DNA of 64,000 bases from Minisyncoccota bacterium (GTDB lineage: Bacteria > Patescibacteriota > Minisyncoccia > Phycocordibacterales > UBA1006): assembly GCA_022763365.1 (NCBI GenBank), contig JALEGN010000017.1:96-64095 (forward strand), written 5' to 3'. Below the pieces are notes generated by a model. It did no database searches, was not told the origin of the DNA, and worked only from the letters and a program-made list of their open reading frames with translations. Within the stretch, counting starts at the first letter, position 1. Every line of letters begins with the position of its first letter. A program made the translations under genes and the position numbers. This document shows positions 58,127 to 64,000 of the stretch, piece by piece.

Positions 58127-59209
58127 ATGAAAAAAATTCTAAAAACACTTGCAGTAGTACTTACTGTTATGGTAATGTCTTCGGTTGCAACAGCACAAAC
58201 AACTGATACATTTTTCTATAATCCAAATCAATTTAATACTTTTGCAAGCCCATTAAACTCATTCCAAAATGATGATGCCTTTTTCCAGTATATTTTAAGT
58301 CTGTATTATGGAGGTTCTTTTGGTAATCAAGGATTCTATAATCCAGGAACATATTATTATAATACTGGTTATAACTCCTCAGCGGGAACACCAGGCTTTA
58401 CCTATACGCAAACTTCAGGGTCTTCATCATCAAGCTCATCTTCAAATAGCTTTGATCGACCTGATGTAGAAACTGATAGTGCCCGAGATGTGGAAGATGA
58501 TTCTGCTGAATTGCGTGGAGAAATTGATATGAATGATGCACGTGATGGAATTGTTTTCTTTGTTTATGGTCAAGATGAAGACATGATTGAAGATGTCGAA
58601 GATGACTATGATGAATACGAAGATGTCGAAGATGACGAAGAAAATGATGATTTTGAGGTAGAGCGCGTCGACAGTAATTTCGATGGTGACGATGATTTCG
58701 AAGAAGAGGTTGATGGATTAGAAGAAGATGAAAGATATTATTTTGTACTCTGCGTTGAATATGAAGACGAGGACGATGATGAACGCCTAGAATGTGGAAG
58801 TGTCGAAGATTTTGAAACAGACGACGATAATAACGGTAATGATGAAGAGCCAGACGTCGATACAATCTCAGCAATTAATATTGATGATGATTCTGCAGAA
58901 CTACGTGGTGATGTTGACATGAATGACTTCAACGATGGTCGTGTATTCTTTGTATGGGGAGAAGACGAAGATATGGTTGAAGAAGTCGAGGACGAAGATC
59001 GGTTTAGTGATATTGATGAAGATGGTGATGACCTCCAGAGAGAATCAGTTGAAACAAATTTTGATGGTAATGATGCATTTGATTTAGAAATCTTTAATCT
59101 TGATGATGATACTGAGCATTTTTTCCGTATTTGTGTTGAATATGAAGACGAGGACGATGACGACACGCTTGAATGTGGAGATGTTGAAGAATTTGAAACA
59201 GATAATTAA
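58127..59209 (+). CDS. Hyperacidic secreted protein with an internal ~125-aa tandem duplication.
   Basis: Signal peptide MKKILKTLAVVLTVMVMSSVATAQ. Two repeats each carry DSAELRG(E/D)(I/V)DMND…VFFV(Y/W)G(Q/E)DEDM…NFDG(D/N)D…CVEYEDEDDD…LECG. Confidence 0.55.
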   Translation: MKKILKTLAVVLTVMVMSSVATAQTTDTFFYNPNQFNTFASPLNSFQNDDAFFQYILSLYYGGSFGNQGFYNPGTYYYNTGYNSSAGTPGFTYTQTSGSSSSSSSSNSFDRPDVETDSARDVEDDSAELRGEIDMNDARDGIVFFVYGQDEDMIEDVEDDYDEYEDVEDDEENDDFEVERVDSNFDGDDDFEEEVDGLEEDERYYFVLCVEYEDEDDDERLECGSVEDFETDDDNNGNDEEPDVDTISAINIDDDSAELRGDVDMNDFNDGRVFFVWGEDEDMVEEVEDEDRFSDIDEDGDDLQRESVETNFDGNDAFDLEIFNLDDDTEHFFRICVEYEDEDDDDTLECGDVEEFETDN

Positions 59210-59213
59210 TAAT

Positions 59214-59248
59214 AAAAAAAGCTTACATCCGTAAGCTTTTTTTATTTT
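59214..59248 (+). terminator. Intrinsic terminator.
   Basis: aaaaaaagcttacatccgtaagctttttttatttt. Confidence 0.7.
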
Positions 59249-59303
59249 GATTCTTCAAATGGTATACTAAGGTTATATTATTATTTAACCGATATATTAT
59301 ATT

Positions 59304-60500
59304 ATGAAATTACCTTATACATTATTTTCATCTTTGGTGTTTGCTACCCTCATCTTATTTGGAGGTGGAATTGCTGTTGATGCCGCAACGTGTACATTCA
59401 CGCGTACCTTATCAGAAGGAGATGAGGGAGAAGACGTACGTTGTCTACAACGCTATTTAAACTCTGAAGGATATCAAATTGCTTCTTCTGGTGTTGGTTC
59501 ACCCGGAAAAGAAACCGATGAATTTAGAACCTTAACAAAAAATGCTGTCATGGATTGGCAACGAGGAAATGGACTTACCGCTGACGGTATTTTTGGTTCA
59601 GGTTCACGACGTGCCTATCAATCAGATACAACCCTTACTTCATCGGTAAATTCATCAACAACTGTTGATACTGTTGTTGCATCTGAAGCAGCATTAATTA
59701 TTGAACTAAAAGATCAGATTAATAAACTAAGCCAGTCTAATTCACAATCAGGTGGCTACCCAAGCTTTATTAAAAATACTACTGAAGATTTATTAGATGC
59801 TGATGATGATCTTGAAAAAGCTGATGATGATGGTGTCGATATTGATGATGCAGAGGAGGAATATGACAATGCATTACGTAACTTTGTACTTGCTATTTCA
59901 GCACTTATTTCTGGTAAAGATTCTGATGCTATGAAATATGCAGATCGTGCGGATGAGTACATTATAGATGTAAATCGAATTATCGAAGACGAAGAAGATA
60001 GCGAAGGTGACCTAGAAGAACAATTAGAAGACTACGACGATGAACTCGATGATCTTGAAGATGAAATTGAAGACGCTGAAGATGACGGAGAAGATGTCGA
60101 TGAAGCTGAAGATTTATTTGATGATGCTGAGGAGCTCTTAGAAGAGGCCGAGGAAGAATTTGAAGATAAAGATTACGAAGATGTTCGTGATGTACTAAAC
60201 GATCTCGATGATATTTTAGAAGACCTTTATGACGAACTCGATCTAGACCGAGAGGATGAAGAAGACGAAGCTGAAGAAGCAATCGAGGACGCAGAAGACG
60301 CTATTGACGAAGCCGAAGAAGCTATCGAAGAAGCTGATGATGACGGAGAAGACGTCGATGATGCAGAAGAACTCTTAGAAGAAGCTGAAGAGCTTCTAGA
60401 AGAGGCAGAAGAAGCATTTGATGATGAAGACTATGATGACGCCATTGAATTAGCCGAAGAAGCTGAAGAAAAAGCCGAAGAGGCTGAAGACGAATTATAA
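59304..60500 (+). CDS. Secreted protein with a peptidoglycan-binding-like domain (PG_binding_1) and a long acidic, coiled-coil-like tail.
   Basis: Signal peptide, then DVRCLQRYLNSEGY … AVMDWQRGNGLTADGIFGSGS, then a D/E-rich region. Confidence 0.5.
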   Translation: MKLPYTLFSSLVFATLILFGGGIAVDAATCTFTRTLSEGDEGEDVRCLQRYLNSEGYQIASSGVGSPGKETDEFRTLTKNAVMDWQRGNGLTADGIFGSGSRRAYQSDTTLTSSVNSSTTVDTVVASEAALIIELKDQINKLSQSNSQSGGYPSFIKNTTEDLLDADDDLEKADDDGVDIDDAEEEYDNALRNFVLAISALISGKDSDAMKYADRADEYIIDVNRIIEDEEDSEGDLEEQLEDYDDELDDLEDEIEDAEDDGEDVDEAEDLFDDAEELLEEAEEEFEDKDYEDVRDVLNDLDDILEDLYDELDLDREDEEDEAEEAIEDAEDAIDEAEEAIEEADDDGEDVDDAEELLEEAEELLEEAEEAFDDEDYDDAIELAEEAEEKAEEAEDEL

Positions 60501-60542
60501 AATAAAAACCCTATAACTAGGGTTTTTATTTTTTGTTATACT

Positions 60543-60800
60543 TTGTATATGGAATATCTCATTGATGTACGAACACCTGAAGAATTTTTTGATGATCACT
60601 ACGATGGAGCAGTGAATCACGAATTACTGTTATTTGAGGATGAATTATTACCTGAATATTCAAAAGATGCAGATATTTATTTGTATTGCCGATCAGGAAA
60701 GCGGGCAGAACGGGCTCGCAAGATAATGTTGGATGCTGGATTTAAAAACGTTGTAAATCTGGGTGGATATAATCCAGAATTAGATAAAGAAGAGGAATAA
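60543..60800 (+). CDS. Single-domain rhodanese-like sulfurtransferase.
   Basis: CRSGKRAERA active-site loop; 85 aa. Confidence 0.55.
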   Translation: MYMEYLIDVRTPEEFFDDHYDGAVNHELLLFEDELLPEYSKDADIYLYCRSGKRAERARKIMLDAGFKNVVNLGGYNPELDKEEE

Positions 60801-60802
60801 GT

Positions 60803-61060
60803 ATGTATTACGTTTATATCCTCAGATGCTCTGACGATTCGCTATATACAGGTATTACTACTGATCTTAAACGTAGAGTTAAGGAACATAATGGAGAGAT
60901 TGTAGGGAAGGGAGCGCGTTACACACATGCCCGCAGACCAGTCTACATGGTATATCAGCAATCATTCAAAAATCGTAGCAGTGCAAGTCAGGAAGAGTCC
61001 CGCATCAAAAAAATGACGAAAATTCAAAAAGAAGAATTTATAAAAACCAATCAGAAGTAA
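60803..61060 (+). CDS. GIY-YIG nuclease-domain protein (UPF0213-like).
   Basis: YYVYILRCSDDSLYTGITTDLKRRVKEH. Confidence 0.6.
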   Translation: MYYVYILRCSDDSLYTGITTDLKRRVKEHNGEIVGKGARYTHARRPVYMVYQQSFKNRSSASQEESRIKKMTKIQKEEFIKTNQK

Positions 61061-61086
61061 TTGATTTTTATGTTATACTAGTGGTA

Positions 61087-61201
61087 CTTTCATCGAGAGT
61101 GTAGCGAGAGATGTAACTCTATTACCTACCAGCAACCGAGAATTTATTCCACGGTGCTCCATTTACAGCTGATGACCCAAACTCAGAGAAATCGATGAAA
61201 G
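61087..61201 (+). ncRNA. Candidate SAM-I (S-box)-type riboswitch aptamer.
   Basis: P1 helix CTTTCATCGA/TCGATGAAAG; internal GCAACC, GGTGC and CAGC blocks resemble the SAM-I consensus. It sits directly upstream of metK. Confidence 0.5.
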
Positions 61202-61233
61202 TATATTATTCAATTAATATACTTTTATTTTTT
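61202..61233 (+). terminator. Intrinsic terminator / riboswitch expression platform.
   Basis: Hairpin AGTATATTA-ttcaat-TAATATACT followed by a T-run. Confidence 0.5.
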
Positions 61234-62172
61234 ATGAAAAAAACTAATCAAGTTTTTACTGCAGAATACGTATCACCGAAACATCCTGACAAAATGTGTG
61301 ACCGTATTTCAGATGCTATTTTAGAAAAATTTACTAACCAGGATCCAAACAGTCGTGTTGCTGTTGAAACGCTTGGTGGACATGGCAAAGTCTTTATTGT
61401 TGGTGAGGTCACCAGTTCAGGAACAATAAAACAATCAGAATACGAACAGATTGTTGCTGATATTACTGGTGTTGATAGTTATGAAGTAATCGTTCATATT
61501 GTTCAGCAGTCTTCTGAAATTGCAACTGGAGTAAATACTGGTGGAGCTGGTGATCAGGGTATCGTCATTGGTTACGCTTGTAATCATAATAAAGAAATGA
61601 TTCCTCAGGAATTCTACCTCGCAAAATCATTATGTGGCTATTTATATAAAAAATATCCAGTAGATGGAAAAACACAAATTACGATTAATCAAAAACACGA
61701 AATTACGCACCTTGTTGCAAGTTTTCAAGGAACCAAAACACACAAATTAACAAAGATGATTTATCAATGGTTGAAAAGTAAAAAACATATAAAAGAAATT
61801 AAAATTTTAATTAATCCAGCTGGTGAATGGTCTATAGGTGGATTTGAGGCTGATACAGGTCTTACGGGTCGTAAAATTGTCATTGATCAATATGGGCCAC
61901 GGGTAGCTGTCGGTGGTGGTGCATTCTCAGGTAAAGATTGGACCAAAGTTGACCGTAGTGGAGCCAAATATGCACAATACATAGCTCAACAATTACTCAA
62001 CCAGCATAATGCAAAGGTAGTAAGCGTAGAGCTTGCCTACGCAATTGGTATTGTGGAGCCAGTTCAAAAAATTGCTTATATCGATAATGTAGCAACTGAA
62101 ATATTAGAATGGGATTGTAGCATGAATGGCATTAAGGAATTCAGAAACACTAAGCACCAAGAAATAATATGA
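61234..62172 (+). CDS. metK: S-adenosylmethionine synthetase, short form (312 aa).
   Basis: SPKHPDKMCDRISDAILE, GAGDQGIVIGYA and GLTGRKIVIDQYG…GGGAFSGKDWTKVDRSGAKYA. The internal MKKTNQ start is preferred over the track start at 61195. Confidence 0.75.
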   Translation: MKKTNQVFTAEYVSPKHPDKMCDRISDAILEKFTNQDPNSRVAVETLGGHGKVFIVGEVTSSGTIKQSEYEQIVADITGVDSYEVIVHIVQQSSEIATGVNTGGAGDQGIVIGYACNHNKEMIPQEFYLAKSLCGYLYKKYPVDGKTQITINQKHEITHLVASFQGTKTHKLTKMIYQWLKSKKHIKEIKILINPAGEWSIGGFEADTGLTGRKIVIDQYGPRVAVGGGAFSGKDWTKVDRSGAKYAQYIAQQLLNQHNAKVVSVELAYAIGIVEPVQKIAYIDNVATEILEWDCSMNGIKEFRNTKHQEII

Positions 62173-62386
62173 TTTTGGAAATAATAAAAAGCCATAGTAG
62201 AGACTGTGACTTTTTATTTTGTGAGCCTTCAACAGATGCGACCCAATAAATTCATTGTGAGGTAATGCCTATTTAACTACAAATTGAGATTCCTGAATAA
62301 CCCTTCTCGTGTCTACTATTTTCAAGAAAATGTGACACTCATACAGCTTTTTCAAAAAGTTACAAAAGTGACACTGGTAGCACATA

Positions 62387-62407
62387 TTACGTTACAGTGT
62401 AACGTAA
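62387..62407. repeat. 21-nt palindrome TTACGTTACA-G-TGTAACGTAA, with nearby GTGACAC repeats.
   Basis: Self-complementary around a central G. It lies in the noncoding stretch between metK and the recombinase. Confidence 0.6.
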
Positions 62408-62554
62408 CTTTTTTACCTCAAGATACGCGAATATGCTACCTACCGTTAGCTCTGCATAGCTTAGCAAAAACCCATCTTGCGACATAATAGATACATGGAA
62501 CGAACAAATACAACACAGTAAATATCTTCAAATATAACGCACTCGGCAACCCGT

Positions 62555-63814
62555 GTGCGTTACTGCTTATACGCCAGAAAATCAACTGAATCAGATGAAA
62601 AACAAGCATTGTCCATCGATTCTCAAATTAATGAGATGAAACAAATCGCTGAGCGACTTCATCTCAATATTCTTTGTGTTAAACAAGAATCATATAGCGC
62701 TAAAGCTTCAGGTAAACGACCTGTATTTGCAGAGATTATCAAAGAGATCTCTGAAGAAAAATACAATGGAATATTAACGTGGGCACCTGACCGATTATCT
62801 CGTAACGCAGGCGATCTGGGTTCACTGGTTGACCTCATGGATCAAGGGAAACTCATTCATATACAGACCTATGGACGAACATTCAGTAATTCACCAAATG
62901 AAAAGTTCTTACTCATGATTCTGTGTTCACAAGCTAAGTTAGAGAATGATAACAAGAGCATCAATGTAAAACGAGGAATGAGAGCCAGATGTGAAATGGG
63001 ATTATGGCCGTGTCGACCTCCAACAGGATATACCAAGTCAAAACTGAAAGAGCAGAAATGTGTATCAGTCATTGATCAAGATCGTGCAGACGTAATTAAA
63101 CAAATGTTTGAAAAAATTGGATTAGATGGTTGGAGTGGAAACAAACTTCATAGATGGCTAAAAGAAATAGATTTCAGGACAGAACATGGAAAACATCTCA
63201 GTCTTGGTAATTTATACAGAATATTGAAAAACCACTTCTACTATGGACGATTTGAATACCCAAAGAATTCAGGAGATTGGTACAACGGAGTACATGAACC
63301 TATTATCGACAAGAAACTCTTTGAGATTGTTCAAGAACAAATACAAAGCCAAACCCTTGAACCACGAGCAATGCAAAAAGAGTTTGCATTCACCAAAATC
63401 ATGAAATGTGGATCTTGTGGCTCAGGTATCACTGCTGACGAGAAGTTCAAGAAACTGAAAGACGGAGGGGTTAATCGTCATATTTACTATCGTTGTTGTA
63501 AATCACGAGATCAGAATTGTAAAAACCCAGCGATCAATGAAACTGATTTAATATTACAGCTTAAAAAACTCATTGATGACCTCTCAATTACTTCATTACC
63601 AATGAGAGAGAAAATTACTAACGAAGTACAACGAATTAAGAAATTCTACTCAATGATGCTCGACGAGAAAGCACAGATTTATATTAAAAAGATTGATGTA
63701 CGAGATTATGGAAAATTTATCTTGCAAGAGGGGTCTGTTGACGAGAAGCGAGAATTTCTTGGTTGTTTGAAGAGTAAAGTAATACTAAGTAGCAAAATAG
63801 TTAAAATACATTAA
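62555..63814 (+). CDS. Large serine recombinase (resolvase/invertase N-domain plus recombinase domain and zinc ribbon).
   Basis: YARKSTESDEKQALSIDSQ (catalytic Ser region), ILTWAPDRLSRN and the Cys-rich C-terminus CGSCGSG…YYRCC. Confidence 0.75.
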   Translation: MRYCLYARKSTESDEKQALSIDSQINEMKQIAERLHLNILCVKQESYSAKASGKRPVFAEIIKEISEEKYNGILTWAPDRLSRNAGDLGSLVDLMDQGKLIHIQTYGRTFSNSPNEKFLLMILCSQAKLENDNKSINVKRGMRARCEMGLWPCRPPTGYTKSKLKEQKCVSVIDQDRADVIKQMFEKIGLDGWSGNKLHRWLKEIDFRTEHGKHLSLGNLYRILKNHFYYGRFEYPKNSGDWYNGVHEPIIDKKLFEIVQEQIQSQTLEPRAMQKEFAFTKIMKCGSCGSGITADEKFKKLKDGGVNRHIYYRCCKSRDQNCKNPAINETDLILQLKKLIDDLSITSLPMREKITNEVQRIKKFYSMMLDEKAQIYIKKIDVRDYGKFILQEGSVDEKREFLGCLKSKVILSSKIVKIH

Positions 63815-64000
63815 TACTTAAATTACCAACAATAGTAAATGAAATTGTATGTTTTTTACATCAATAGGCAATCAATATAGTCAGTAAGCATATGGAACAA
63901 TAATCCAATACCAACAATTTTAAAATACTTATTAGGCACAAATAACATAAGAAAATAAATTCCTATTGCGTAGGGCGTATGGAGAAAATGAAATCCAATG

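Noticed and set aside
58398-60282. Long minus-strand ORFs rich in S, L, H and R (58398–58874, 58738–59166, 59756–59962, 59980–60282). Similar antisense ORFs appear at 23609–23806 and 24273–24491.
   Set aside because: They are antisense artefacts of GAA/GAT/GAG-rich acidic coding regions. The plus-strand genes have signal peptides and terminators.
1-64000. Alternative genetic code (UGA recoding, as in some CPR lineages).
   Set aside because: Long conserved genes such as valS, lepA, typA, murJ and crtI are uninterrupted under the standard code, so there is no sign of in-frame TGA suppression.

Overview
This is an AT-rich, compactly organised bacterial window read with the standard genetic code. 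No UGA recoding is evident: long ORFs are intact. Most genes sit on the + strand, are often leaderless, and end in strong intrinsic terminators.

The main blocks, in order:
- **1–8.3 kb, pilin array.** Five type IV pilin-like genes, one fused to a LamG-like lectin domain, plus three non-pilin cargo genes. Each is preceded by a ~78-nt conserved intergenic module (8 copies). The module consists of a conserved 28-nt box, a terminator hairpin, an extended -10 (TGnTATACT) and an ATG exactly 6 nt downstream.
- **8.9–11.7 kb, metallochaperone-like trio.** A COG0523 GTPase, a CooC/MinD-like ATPase and a Cys-rich unknown protein. A shared TTTGCA-N5-TTTGCA motif lies upstream at both ends.
- **12.0–13.9 kb, SOS cassette.** A GAAC-N4-GTTC SOS-box-like sequence, then a LexA-like repressor overlapping a Y-family DNA polymerase.
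- **15.7–21.3 kb, mannose locus.** A cytidylyltransferase, a PMM-like HAD phosphatase, a PMI-like cupin and two ~650-aa proteins that each carry tandem GH130-like (mannoside phosphorylase) domains.
- **21.9–37.6 kb, stress and light island.** An MGMT-family protein, DUF2945 and DUF1328 proteins, a class I photolyase, SanA, a small DUF2256 gene missed by the ORF track and a COG3046 photolyase-family protein. It also holds the carotenoid genes crtE, crtB and crtI, a UbiA prenyltransferase, two Nudix-like genes, a membrane protein, an epimerase and a nitroreductase.
- **38.9–58.0 kb, housekeeping.** ABC-F, TypA/BipA, MurJ, an ABC exporter, LepA, FtsB-like, a glutaredoxin, tRNA-Arg(CCT), tRNA-Phe(GAA), Hsp20, PrsW, a short ValRS and TsaD.
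- **58.1–60.5 kb.** Two hyperacidic secreted proteins, one with an internal ~125-aa tandem repeat and one with a PG-binding domain.
- **60.5–64.0 kb.** A rhodanese, a GIY-YIG protein, a candidate SAM-I-like riboswitch with terminator upstream of a short metK, then a palindrome-containing noncoding stretch and a large serine recombinase at the window edge. This may mark a mobile-element boundary.

No CRISPR array or rRNA was seen.
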